Source of the DNA: an uncultured Candidatus Micrarchaeota archaeon | GTDB taxonomy: Archaea > Micrarchaeota > Micrarchaeia > Norongarragalinales > Norongarragalinaceae | Direction: 5' to 3' | Assembly: GCA_903893865.1 (NCBI GenBank) | Contig: CAITNU010000066.1 | Location: 1,094-25,093 of the forward strand | DNA: 24,000 nucleotides | Position numbers and translations under genes: made by a program | Shown here: piece by piece, positions 1 through 8,003 of the stretch | How positions within the stretch are numbered: the first letter of the stretch is position 1 | How the letters are laid out: each line of letters starts with the position of its first letter | The notes under the pieces: model-generated | Seen by the model: the letters and a program-made list of their open reading frames with translations, nothing else | Told to the model about the DNA's origin: nothing | Database searches by the model: none

Positions 1-1315
1 GTTCGCGGCTCACGATCGCCGCGTGGCACGTCATTCCGCCAGCGTCAGTGACTATCGCGCTCGCGCGCTTCATTGCCGGCACGTAGTCGGGACTCGTCAT
101 TTCAGTGACGAGGATGTCGCCCTTCGTTATTTTTGCGAGCTGGTTTTTGTCGGTGACGAGTTTCACGACGCCGCTCGCGATTCCCGGGGAAGCGCCGAGT
201 CCCTTCAAAATCACTTTCGCATCCTTGGCTTCAGTCGCTTTCGCACCGCCCGCTTTGATTTCGACGTTCGTTGGCTTTGATTCCGAGGGCGGGATTGCGT
301 TTTTGCTTTCGCTTTTGCTTCCGTCTTTTCCTTTTATCGTCGTAATCGCTCGGCTTTGCGTGATATACACGCGCCCTCGCTCTATCGCCCACTCGATGTC
401 CTGCGGGTAAGCGTAATGCTTTTCAATCGCGCGGCCGAATTTCGCGATTTGCACTATGAAGTCGTCGCTCGTTTTTTGTTTTTCCTGAATCTCTTCCGGC
501 ACGTCCGCGTGATCTGTCTTGCCGTTCGGAAGGCGGATAATCATCATTTCCTGTTGCGCGATAAACTTGTCGGTAATGCGCAGCGTTTCCTTGTCAACGA
601 CGTAATTGTCTGGCGTAATTTGCCCGCTCACAATCGCTTCCCCGAGTCCGAAACCCGCTTCGATGATTATCTTCGAGCGATCGCCCGTGACGGGATCCGC
701 CGTAAACATTACTCCGCTGGACTCGCTTTGAATCATTTTCTGGATGACGGCGCTGAGTCCGACTTTCACGTGCTCGAAACCGTTTTCAACGCGGTAATAA
801 ATCGCCCTCGCCTCGAACAAGCTCGCCCAGCAACGCCGCACCGCATCAACAACTTGCTCCGCTCCCTTCATGTTGAGAAACGTGGCCTGCTGGCCCGCGA
901 AAGAAGCGTCGGGCAAATCTTCGGCAGTCGCGCTGCTGCGCACCGCAACGAGCATCTCCTGGTTTGCGCTCGGAATTCCCGTGACGCCGCACATTTTGTT
1001 ATAAGCGCGAACTACGTCCGAACGAATGTCCTGCGGAACCGGCGCGCGCTCGATCGCGCGCTTTATCTCGTCACTCGCTTTCTGCAGCGCTTCCGCGTTT
1101 TGCACGTCGAGGTTGCGCAGCTTGCCTTCGATGAACGACTCGAGATTATTCTCCTTGATCGCGCGGTAATAAGCGCCTACGCTTACGACGAAGCCCGGCG
1201 GAACCGGCAGTCCCGCGCGAGTCATTTCCCCGAGGTTCGCTCCTTTCCCGCCTGCTTGCGCGAGATTCTCGCGTCCGAGTTCGTCAAACCAGTAAATGTT
1301 TTTCATTTCAGCCAT
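1..1315 (-). CDS. ppsA: Phosphoenolpyruvate synthase (pyruvate, water dikinase), N-terminal ~438 aa; the 3' end runs off the window
   Basis: Absent from the ORF track because it has no in-window stop. My minus-strand translation from ATG 1315..1313 gives MAEMKNIYWFDELGRENLAQAGGKGANLGEMTRAGLPVPPGFVVS (PPDK_N/ATP-grasp N-terminus), RSSATAEDLPDASFAGQQATFLN, and the phospho-His swivel motif TDAGGMTCHAAIVSRE at the window edge. An AGAGGTG SD-like element (RC of 1326-1332) lies 10 nt upstream. The + ORF 356..1369 is its Arg-rich antisense shadow. Confidence 0.9.
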   Translation of the reverse strand, partial: MAEMKNIYWFDELGRENLAQAGGKGANLGEMTRAGLPVPPGFVVSVGAYYRAIKENNLESFIEGKLRNLDVQNAEALQKASDEIKRAIERAPVPQDIRSDVVRAYNKMCGVTGIPSANQEMLVAVRSSATAEDLPDASFAGQQATFLNMKGAEQVVDAVRRCWASLFEARAIYYRVENGFEHVKVGLSAVIQKMIQSESSGVMFTADPVTGDRSKIIIEAGFGLGEAIVSGQITPDNYVVDKETLRITDKFIAQQEMMIIRLPNGKTDHADVPEEIQEKQKTSDDFIVQIAKFGRAIEKHYAYPQDIEWAIERGRVYITQSRAITTIKGKDGSKSESKNAIPPSESKPTNVEIKAGGAKATEAKDAKVILKGLGASPGIASGVVKLVTDKNQLAKITKGDILVTEMTSPDYVPAMKRASAIVTDAGGMTCHAAIVSRE

Positions 1316-1449
1316 TTTCGCGAAACACCTCTTTTAACCGAAAAAAAATTATCGCCTCTCGGCGTTTGAATCTAGCCTAACAAAATAAGGGCGCCTTCTT
1401 TTTTAAGAGGGACTACGCCTTACCAAAAACGAGTATTAAAGCTTTTTTC

Positions 1450-1944
1450 TTAACGCGTTTTCTTCGAGTAAATCGAGAGCAACGGAGCGAAACCGAGTTT
1501 TTCGTGGAACGCGCGCGACTTCGCGTTGACTTCGAAAACGTCGAGCATGACTTCCTTTATTCCGCGGCGCCGGCACTCGCGCTCGAACTCGGCGTAAAGC
1601 GCTTTGCCCACGCCTTTCCCGCGGCGCGGCGCGTCAACGAAACTCCACGAAACCCAAGCGAAGCGCTCGCTCCACGGTCCGTAATCAACTCCGAACGGCG
1701 TTTTCCGCGAAACCTCAAAACACAAGAACCCGACGGGCTCGCCAGGCTCGCCAGCCTCGCCTTCGGCGACTAGAACTTCGCGCTTGCGAATTGCCGCGCG
1801 CGCCTTCCTGCGGCGTTCCGCCAGCATTTTCTTCGTCGCGGGTTTTTTTTCTATCGCGAGAATCTCGCGGATGCCGCGCACGACGAAATTCAAGTCACGC
1901 GGCTTCGCGAGCCGCAAGCGAACAGTAAACACCATTTTTTTCAT
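1450..1944 (-). CDS. GNAT-family N-acetyltransferase
   Basis: 164 aa. The acetyl-CoA binding motif region RRGKGVGKALYAEFERECRRRGIKEVMLDVFEVNAKSRAFHEKLGF is typical of GNAT motif A/B. Its start codon directly abuts the upstream Nudix stop (TGAATG on the minus strand). Confidence 0.8.
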   Translation of the reverse strand: MKKMVFTVRLRLAKPRDLNFVVRGIREILAIEKKPATKKMLAERRRKARAAIRKREVLVAEGEAGEPGEPVGFLCFEVSRKTPFGVDYGPWSERFAWVSWSFVDAPRRGKGVGKALYAEFERECRRRGIKEVMLDVFEVNAKSRAFHEKLGFAPLLSIYSKKTR

Positions 1945-2385
1945 TCAACTCTTGTTAAGAAGCGCTTCTGTTTTGCGCAGCATTTCCTTCGCGTTCTTGA
2001 AAGTCGCTTTCTCGATCGCCGCTTCGAGCGGAAGCCAGACGAAGCGCGAGTGCTCGGACGACAAGCGAACGCTCGCGCCGGCGGGCGCTTCGCCGAGGAA
2101 GAACACGACGGTTTTCGAAATCAACCGGTTTTTTTCTCGGAAAAAATAATGCAGCGTTTCGCGGAATCCGTCGATGAGGCGCGCGTCCGCCAAACCCGTT
2201 TCCTCGCGCAGTTCGCGAAGCGCGGCTTGCTTTTCGTTTTCACCGCTTTCGATTCCGCCTTTCACATAATCCCAGTGCCCGTCGTCCCCGTACTCGAGGA
2301 GTAAGTATTCGCGCCTGCCTTCGCGCGTCCTGAAAACGATTATTCCCGCGCTCTTGCGGAAATCGGTTTTAGTTTTACCAGCCAT
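1945..2385 (-). CDS. Nudix hydrolase
   Basis: 146 aa. It has a complete Nudix box GX5EX7REUXEEXGU, seen as GGIESGENEKQAALRELREETGL. Confidence 0.85.
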   Translation of the reverse strand: MAGKTKTDFRKSAGIIVFRTREGRREYLLLEYGDDGHWDYVKGGIESGENEKQAALRELREETGLADARLIDGFRETLHYFFREKNRLISKTVVFFLGEAPAGASVRLSSEHSRFVWLPLEAAIEKATFKNAKEMLRKTEALLNKS

Positions 2386-2394
2386 GATAAGCCC

Positions 2395-3174
2395 TTACTT
2401 TCTTGTGCTTTTACTTTTTTTTGTTTTCGCGAGCTCGCCGAACTCGGCAAACAACGCCTGCGCCTCGTCTTGAGCGATGACCGCGCGCTCGAGCACGCGC
2501 TTGAACGCTAGACTGACTTTCCGTTTATCCCTAATGCCCGCGGTTTTACTGACGACGTCGGAAAAAAGTTTCTCTAGCGCCCTCCTTTTTTCAGGGGAAG
2601 TGGCTTTATAGATTTCGACGATTTCAGCTGATTCGCTTTCGCCGCGGCGGAACTCGTAAAGCATTACGGCGACGGCGTGCGAGAGATTCATAACGGCGTA
2701 ATCGCCGCTCGTTGGAATGAAAGCGCAGAAATCGCACTCGCTTATCTCGTTTTGCGCTAGCCCGCTATCCTCGGGACCGAAGACGAGCGCGACCCTCTTG
2801 ACTCTCGCATTCTTGGCTTTGTGCGCGGCTTGCGCGGCGCTCACGCAGTTCTTGAACTCAGCGGCGCGAAAACGCGAGGGAACGCCGGTTGTCGCAATCA
2901 CCAAGTCAAACCCTTTAGTTGCGCCTGCAATTTCCTCGAACACGGATGCGCTCTCCGCGAGACGCCAAGCGTGCTTAGCGTACAACCGCGTCTGAAAACC
3001 CATTTTGCAGCGCGGCGAAACCAAGCGCAAGCCCGCGTTGAAGTTCGCGCAAGCGCGCGCGGCAGCGCCCACGTTGAGTTCGTGAATCGGGCGAACGAGA
3101 ACGCAAGTCAACTCCTGCGGTTCTGGAAGTTTCGGCTTGTTTTTCTGCGTTGTTTTCTTTTGCATCGCGTTCAA
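2395..3174 (-). CDS. SPOUT-class RNA 2'-O-methyltransferase (SpoU/TrmJ-like)
   Basis: 259 aa. The C-terminal SpoU knot region VALVFGPEDSGLAQNEISECDFCAFIPTSGDYAVMNLSHAVAVMLYEF and the overall size fit the TrmJ/TrmH family. The substrate cannot be assigned from sequence alone. Confidence 0.75.
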   Translation of the reverse strand: MNAMQKKTTQKNKPKLPEPQELTCVLVRPIHELNVGAAARACANFNAGLRLVSPRCKMGFQTRLYAKHAWRLAESASVFEEIAGATKGFDLVIATTGVPSRFRAAEFKNCVSAAQAAHKAKNARVKRVALVFGPEDSGLAQNEISECDFCAFIPTSGDYAVMNLSHAVAVMLYEFRRGESESAEIVEIYKATSPEKRRALEKLFSDVVSKTAGIRDKRKVSLAFKRVLERAVIAQDEAQALFAEFGELAKTKKSKSTRK

Positions 3175-3216
3175 CCGTGTGAAACCTTTTTTAACGCTCC
3201 GTGGATAACGCTTTTC

Positions 3217-4524
3217 GTGGTTAAAAGAATTCGTTTGAAAGGCTGCCGCAGCTTCCGCACAGAATTTATTATCATCGCAGTCTTCGCCTTGCTTTGCGCG
3301 AACGTGAGTTTCGCGAACGCTTCGCTTTCAAGCAGCGCGGCGCAAGAGAAAGCAGGCGCAGTTCTCGGCGACGACGCGGGAGACGCGAACTCGCTTTCGC
3401 AACCGATGGAAGTCGGCTCGGATTCGTATTGGGTTTTCTTTTTCTCTATTTACTCGCCGAAACGCCTCCTCGTCGCGGTAAGCGATTCAAGCGGCGCCGT
3501 CGTGACCGACGAAGACAAGCTTTATCGCGTGGGAAACGCAGTCTACGATTACGCGGTAACCCAAGAGTTTTTGAAGGCGCACGGCTGGGGATTCGACGCA
3601 GTCGAACCCCTACTTAGTTCCGCCGCAGGCGCGGTTTCCGACAACCAACGCAAACTCGCCGACTTTTCAGCGCAAACGCAAGGATTGTACCCGAAACTCG
3701 AGCCCTCGTTCTCTAAAATCGACGGAGCGCTCTCGCGCTTAAGCGACCAAGCGCTCGCGGCAGACAGCGCGGCGCGCGACGGAAGCACGCTTGAAACGCA
3801 GTTCGCTTCCGATTATTCTTCTTCTTCGCTCAACGCCGTCTTCAAGCAGTACAACGCTTCACTGCGCTCGCTAGAATCGCTTTTCAACGCGCACGACGCT
3901 TACATCAAGGAAATCAACGACTTCAGTTTCGCGCTCTACAAGGCGAACGTTTCCGCAACCGACGCTTCAAGCATACAAAAGAATTTGGACGTTCTGCGCG
4001 ACGATGGACTCACTGATTTGCGCAACAAGTTCGTCTCACAAAAACCCCAGCTGGAATTCGCGCGGCTGACAGCAAGCAGCGACAAGTGGGTTAACGACAG
4101 CATCGAATCGACGCTTTATCGCATAAACCGCCAAGCCGCCTTAGACGCGGTAAGCGAACTTTACGCTTCCGTCGAAGCTTTGCTTAAAAACGAGGACAAC
4201 GTCATCGCGTGCGGTGTTTCCTCGCAAACAATAGCGCAGTTGCGCAAGGATTGGAACGACGCGCGCTATTTCCTGTCGAAGGAAACCGCCGCGGGATTCG
4301 TGAAAGCGATTGAGAAGGCGGCGCTCGTCAAAACGGAATTCGCCGAGATAAAGCGGACGTACGACTACTGCGGAACAACTCCGACGACGTCCACCACTCC
4401 AAAAACGCAGTCTACGGATTATTCGCCGTTGGTAGCCGCGATTCTTATAATTGCTTTGGCGATAGCGGCTTACGCTTACTATCGAAAGAAGCAGGAAGAA
4501 CTCCAGGATTACGGCGGCCAGTAA
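3217..4524 (+). CDS. Hypothetical type I surface protein (signal peptide, largely helical ectodomain, Thr-rich stalk, C-terminal TM anchor)
   Basis: The track ORF 2821..4524 has a 5' part that overlaps the SPOUT gene on the other strand. Plausible starts are GTG 3217 or TTG 3235, giving VKRIRLKGCRSFRTEFIIIAVFALLCANVSFANA (signal peptide). The C-terminus is TTPTTSTTPKTQSTDYSPLVAAILIIALAIAAYAYYRKKQEE (stalk, TM, basic tail). I recognise no family. Confidence 0.6.
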   Translation: MVKRIRLKGCRSFRTEFIIIAVFALLCANVSFANASLSSSAAQEKAGAVLGDDAGDANSLSQPMEVGSDSYWVFFFSIYSPKRLLVAVSDSSGAVVTDEDKLYRVGNAVYDYAVTQEFLKAHGWGFDAVEPLLSSAAGAVSDNQRKLADFSAQTQGLYPKLEPSFSKIDGALSRLSDQALAADSAARDGSTLETQFASDYSSSSLNAVFKQYNASLRSLESLFNAHDAYIKEINDFSFALYKANVSATDASSIQKNLDVLRDDGLTDLRNKFVSQKPQLEFARLTASSDKWVNDSIESTLYRINRQAALDAVSELYASVEALLKNEDNVIACGVSSQTIAQLRKDWNDARYFLSKETAAGFVKAIEKAALVKTEFAEIKRTYDYCGTTPTTSTTPKTQSTDYSPLVAAILIIALAIAAYAYYRKKQEELQDYGGQ

Positions 4525-4543
4525 ACGCTTGCGGGCGCTTGGA

Positions 4544-4888
4544 ATGAATTTGAACAACCCGTTTTCGATTATAGTTTTTTTCGCCGCCGTTATAATTCTA
4601 TTTTTTATTTCTTCTGGTTGGTTGTTTTCTGACTGCGGTCCTTTTAGTATGATGCAAGACTGCAGACGCGGCCCGAGCCAGCAGGAAACGTGCTTGCAAC
4701 AACTGGCTATGGCAGCAAATTGTTACACCGTCAGCGCTAGCTGGAATCCGCTAGGCGAAGTTTCAGGAGAAGCCGTACCAAAATGCAGGGAAATCAAAAC
4801 CCCTATTGCCGCGTGCTCGAACAATTCTCCTCGAGGAAGTTACTCCACGCAAACCGAAAAATACTGTTGCGGACCGCAGCCAGCTTAG
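4544..4888 (+). CDS. Small Cys-rich secreted/anchored protein, paralog of the pilin at 7317..7637 but with a degenerate leader
   Basis: The start is probably ATG 4544 (MNLNNPFSIIVFFAAVIILFFISSGWLF), though the track gives TTG 4529. Its C-terminal domain shares C-x2-QLA-x3-CY-x4-SWNP(L/V)G, IAAC and a terminal YCCGxxP with ORF 7317..7637. Local GC is lower than in neighbouring genes. Confidence 0.6.
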   Translation: MNLNNPFSIIVFFAAVIILFFISSGWLFSDCGPFSMMQDCRRGPSQQETCLQQLAMAANCYTVSASWNPLGEVSGEAVPKCREIKTPIAACSNNSPRGSYSTQTEKYCCGPQPA

Positions 4889-4897
4889 AAAGCGCCT

Positions 4898-5446
4898 TCA
4901 AATTTTCAGAACATCGTAGCACTTGCGCACCGCAGCGTAATTCTTCGCCGCTACGACTTCGTTGAACCGGCGCTTGATGGCTTTCTCGATGCTCTCAAGC
5001 GTGACGAGCCCGCTCGCCTTCGCGAACGCGCCGAGAATAATAGTGTTCACGAAAGGCGCGCCCAACATTTCTCTAGCTATAGAATAAGCGTCAACCGTCA
5101 AAACACGCGTTCCCTTCGGCGCAGCGAAATCGCCAGCGGCGCGCTTCGTGGCGATGATTGCTATCGTTCCGTTCTTTGTTCCACCAGCGAACGCCGCGTC
5201 CGCCAGCGTCTCGTCGAGAACAAGCAGATAATCAGGCTCGCGCACTTCCTCGTGCAATCGCACGCGCTCGCCTTCTTTCGCGTCAGCGATTCTGCAGAAC
5301 GCCTTCACCGGCGCGCCGCTGCGCTCGGGACCGAACGCTGGAAACGATTGAGCGTTCTTCCCGTCGTTGAACGCTGCGTTCGCAAGAATTTCGCCGCTCG
5401 TCACCGCGCCTTGCCCGCCCCTGCCGTGAAAACGAATTTCAATCAT
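4898..5446 (-). CDS. porG: Pyruvate/2-oxoacid:ferredoxin oxidoreductase gamma subunit
   Basis: [53 protein letters not shown] is the canonical POR/VOR gamma N-terminus. I place the start at ATG 5446 (the homolog-like MIEIRFHG); the track's TTG 5497 adds 17 atypical residues. No alpha, beta or delta subunit genes lie adjacent. Confidence 0.8.
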
Positions 5447-5518
5447 TCTCAAAAACCAAACCAAACCGTCAGAAGTAAATGTTTTCGGCGGCGACAATTT
5501 TAATCCTTGCGTTGTCCG

Positions 5519-7030
5519 TCAAACGACGTCGAAGACGAGTTTGTCGATTTCGATTAACGGCATTTTCCTGATTTGCTCGAACGCGTCCCTAATCTTCTCA
5601 GCGCTGTCGGAGTAAAACGTCGCCACGTGCTGCTTTGCCTTCACTCTCGCGCCTTTCGCGACTTCGAGAACTATTCCCGCTTCCTTGTCGCTCGGCGCGC
5701 CGAGCACTCGCGCAACCCGAGAAAGCGTCTTGTTATCAACGTGCGCGACTACGCCGCTCTCGGCAGCAAACACTTTCTGCGAGTGCTGCGCGAGGCGCAC
5801 GTCGCTCGGCCGAACGCGCGAATCGCCTCCCTGCGCTTCGATGATTTCCCGAAACTTTTCAAGCGCTTTCCCGCTGGCGAGTTGCTGCCTCGCCACTCTA
5901 TAGCCTTCCTGACGCGTTATTCCTTTTACGGCAGCGAGAAGAACGCCGCTCAACGTGCACGCTTTCTCGATCAACGGCGGTTCTTCCTTTCCTTCGAGGA
6001 GTTCAAGCACGCGCCTCGCTTCAAGCGCTGGACCAACGCAATTCATCGCCGGCCCGCTCCCGTCAGTAATAACGCAAGAAACCTCCATGTCCAAATACTT
6101 TCCAAGCGCCTCGAACGCCTTCGCTAGATCGCGCGCTTCATCCACGCTCGCGATTTTCGCGCCGCGGCCGACTGGAATATCGAGCACGACGAACTTCGCG
6201 CCTTCAGCCTTTTTTTTCGCGAGAATGCTCGCGAGGAGAAGCGATTGCGGGTCCAAACGAAGCGGATTGCGGATTTTAATGAGCTTGTCGTCCGCAGCAG
6301 CAATATTCACGGCTCCGCCCCAAATCAAGCAGCCGCCGGTTTTGTTGATAACGCGTTCGGCTTCGCGCACGCTGAGATTCACGGGCGCGAATATTTCCAT
6401 CGCATCCGCGCTCCCGCAAGCGCTGCTAATAGCGCGAGTAGCCGTTTTAGGAATCGTCAACCCCAAGGAAGCGATTATGGGCACGACGAGCATGGACGAG
6501 CGGTCGCCAGCCACGCCGCCTATGCTGTGTTCGGACACGACGGGTTTGCGTTTGCATTTGAGCACTCCGCCGCTCGCGAGAATCGCTTTCGTGAGAAAAA
6601 CCGTTTCCTCCGTATTCAAACCCTTAGTGTAAACGCCGGCGATGAAGGCGGCGCTCTCGGCGGTGCTCAAGTGTTCCTCCATCAAATCGCCGATAATCGC
6701 CTTTATTTCGGCTTCCGCGAGCGTGCCGCCGTCGAGCTTCTTGTGAATGAAATCAAGCGAAGCCGGACGCCGAGCCAAATCCGTCTCGACATTTTGCCCG
6801 TCGCGCGCGCCGAGCGCGCGTGAGACTTCCGCGAACAAACCGATTTCACCTGGCGCGACGAGTTTTTTCGAGTAGTCCACCATTGCGACGACGGTCTTGC
6901 GTCCGACGGTTAAACGCACGCGATCCGAAACGTCGAAATCCAGTTGCCCGCCGTACTTCTCGTTCAACAATGCAACATTCAGCCCGGCTTCCACGTCGAT
7001 TATCTTCGCTTTAAGCTTTACCAAAACCAA
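5519..7030 (-). CDS. deoA: AMP phosphorylase (thymidine phosphorylase family with N-terminal extension)
   Basis: 503 aa, the same length class as archaeal AMP phosphorylase. The N-terminal extension LKAKIIDVEAGLNVALLNE...RVRLTVGRKTV parallels the archaeal enzyme. Core motifs are VSEHSIGGVAGDRSSMLVVPIIASLGLTIPKTATRAISSACGSADAME, CLIWGGAVNIAAADDKL and LASILAKK. The start is TTG. Confidence 0.85.
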   Translation of the reverse strand: MVLVKLKAKIIDVEAGLNVALLNEKYGGQLDFDVSDRVRLTVGRKTVVAMVDYSKKLVAPGEIGLFAEVSRALGARDGQNVETDLARRPASLDFIHKKLDGGTLAEAEIKAIIGDLMEEHLSTAESAAFIAGVYTKGLNTEETVFLTKAILASGGVLKCKRKPVVSEHSIGGVAGDRSSMLVVPIIASLGLTIPKTATRAISSACGSADAMEIFAPVNLSVREAERVINKTGGCLIWGGAVNIAAADDKLIKIRNPLRLDPQSLLLASILAKKKAEGAKFVVLDIPVGRGAKIASVDEARDLAKAFEALGKYLDMEVSCVITDGSGPAMNCVGPALEARRVLELLEGKEEPPLIEKACTLSGVLLAAVKGITRQEGYRVARQQLASGKALEKFREIIEAQGGDSRVRPSDVRLAQHSQKVFAAESGVVAHVDNKTLSRVARVLGAPSDKEAGIVLEVAKGARVKAKQHVATFYSDSAEKIRDAFEQIRKMPLIEIDKLVFDVV

Positions 7031-7098
7031 TCACCCGAGAAACTTACAACCACCAAATCCAGTTCCCGTTTTCGTTTTTCGCTTTCGTTTTTTCGCGT

Positions 7099-7260
7099 TT
7101 GTTTTTGAATAATCCCGCGGCGCTTATTAATTGTTTTTAAATCCCGTGCGAAACACTTCGATAAACCGAATTTTTCTTGTTTTTAACCGTTTTTCCGTTG
7201 TTTTTCAACGCCGCCGCCGTTACTGCCGTTAACCGTCATTACCAGCAACGTTTTTAAATC
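7099..7260. promoter_or_regulatory. Divergent intergenic region with five copies of a TTGTTTTTNA-type motif
   Basis: Copies: ttgtttttga 7099-7108, ttgtttttaa 7131-7140, ttgtttttaa 7177-7186, ttgtttttca 7198-7207 and acgtttttaa 7248-7257. The last copy overlaps a TATA-like TTTTTAAAT (7251-7259), about 58 nt upstream of the pilin ATG. A GGGAGG SD lies at 7301-7306, 10 nt before ATG 7317. Confidence 0.3.
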
Positions 7261-7316
7261 GCCTGCGATTAACCTTTTTTGATAGTTTTAATTGATTTTA
7301 GGGAGGCGGTGCTGTA

Positions 7317-7637
7317 ATGAAGAAAGGACAAGGAACTTTTGAATACATTCTGCTACTCGCAGGAATCCTGCTAATAGTAGTCCTCGCGATAGTCCTGCTT
7401 CGCGGAGGACTGTTCGGAGGCACCTCGAATACCGTTCAAGTTAATTCTTGCAGAAACCAGTTGGCGCAGTCCGGCTGCTACTATGCCAACGGCTCTTGGA
7501 ACCCAGTCGGTGCAGCCGCGCCTTCCATTGCCGCGTGCGCTCCCCTCTATACGGTTCAAGCGGGTAATTGTCCTGCGACTGCTGCAACTGGAGCGGCTAA
7601 TGGCACAGGATATTGCTGCGGTGCGGCACCAGTTTAG
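7317..7637 (+). CDS. Type IV pilin-like protein with class III signal peptide and Cys-rich C-terminal domain (candidate major pilin)
   Basis: MKKG|QGTFEYILLLAGILLIVVLAIVLL matches the archaeal class III signal pattern (basic residue, G/A at -1, Q at +1, E at +5, hydrophobic helix; QxSxExxxL type). It has a strong SD and is followed by a long T-tract. It shares the SWNPxG / IAAC / YCCG domain with 4544..4888. Confidence 0.8.
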   Translation: MKKGQGTFEYILLLAGILLIVVLAIVLLRGGLFGGTSNTVQVNSCRNQLAQSGCYYANGSWNPVGAAAPSIAACAPLYTVQAGNCPATAATGAANGTGYCCGAAPV

Positions 7638-7647
7638 GTAATTCCCG

Positions 7648-7680
7648 TTATTTTTTGTTTTTCTTTTTCCCTTTTCTTTT
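7648..7680 (+). terminator. Oligo-T archaeal-type terminator after the first pilin gene
   Basis: ttattttttgtttttctttttcccttttctttt lies immediately 3' of the stop at 7637. Runs of T are the known archaeal termination signal. Confidence 0.5.
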
Positions 7681-7802
7681 CAAAGCCTAGTCACCAGTGG
7701 GTTTTCCAACCGCTCGAAAAAGCTTTTTTAAGCGCGCGCGAATAGCCTTAATTGCCATTCAAAGTTTTCAAGGCGTTTTCGAAGCATTCCGAGGCGATTG
7801 TT

Positions 7803-7973
7803 TTGGACGACAAGGGACAGGCCGCAGTCGAATACATTCTCTTAGTAGCGTTAGGCTTGTTCCTCATGATAATCGCATTCACGCTCGCGTTCTACGTCAA
7901 ACAATTCACTGATGTAACGCTCAGCGACATTGCCGCGACTCGCAACGAAACCATTTCCATGCTATTCGGCTAA
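7803..7973 (+). CDS. Very small type IV pilin-like protein (class III signal peptide)
   Basis: ...DDKG|QAAVEYILLVALGLFLMIIAFTLAF. The track starts at TTG 7752. I prefer TTG 7803 because GAGG at 7791-7794 sits 8 nt upstream and the leader MDDKG then resembles MKKG of the first pilin. A TATA-like TTTTTTAAG lies at 7724-7732. Confidence 0.65.
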   Translation: MDDKGQAAVEYILLVALGLFLMIIAFTLAFYVKQFTDVTLSDIAATRNETISMLFG

Positions 7974-8003
7974 ACCGCGCGCATCCCCGCTCTTCTCCTC
8001 CGT

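Noticed and set aside
356-1369. A 337-aa + strand ORF, plus ORFs 23..280 and 105..410.
   Set aside because: The translation is Arg/Leu-rich and low in information. The opposite strand encodes an unmistakable PEP synthase, so these are antisense shadow ORFs.
2821-3216. The 5' extension of the 567-aa ORF 2821..4524.
   Set aside because: It overlaps the SPOUT methyltransferase gene on the other strand and translates to junk. A signal peptide begins only after GTG 3217 / TTG 3235.
5573-7112. Several + strand ORFs (5573..6127, 5955..6632, 6245..6823, etc.).
   Set aside because: All are antisense or off-frame to the well-supported AMP phosphorylase gene. Their composition is dominated by Arg, Ser and Ala, as expected for GC-rich shadow frames.
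7721-7733. A shared AGCTTTTTT(TT)AAGC element (also at 21557-21570), and the idea of uniformly leaderless transcription.
   Set aside because: The TATA-to-start spacing of ~27 nt fits only some genes (16699, 21591, roughly 15366). Many others have clear SD elements (7301, 9598, 18422, 21219, 22465, 23100). Initiation is therefore mixed and no general claim is justified.
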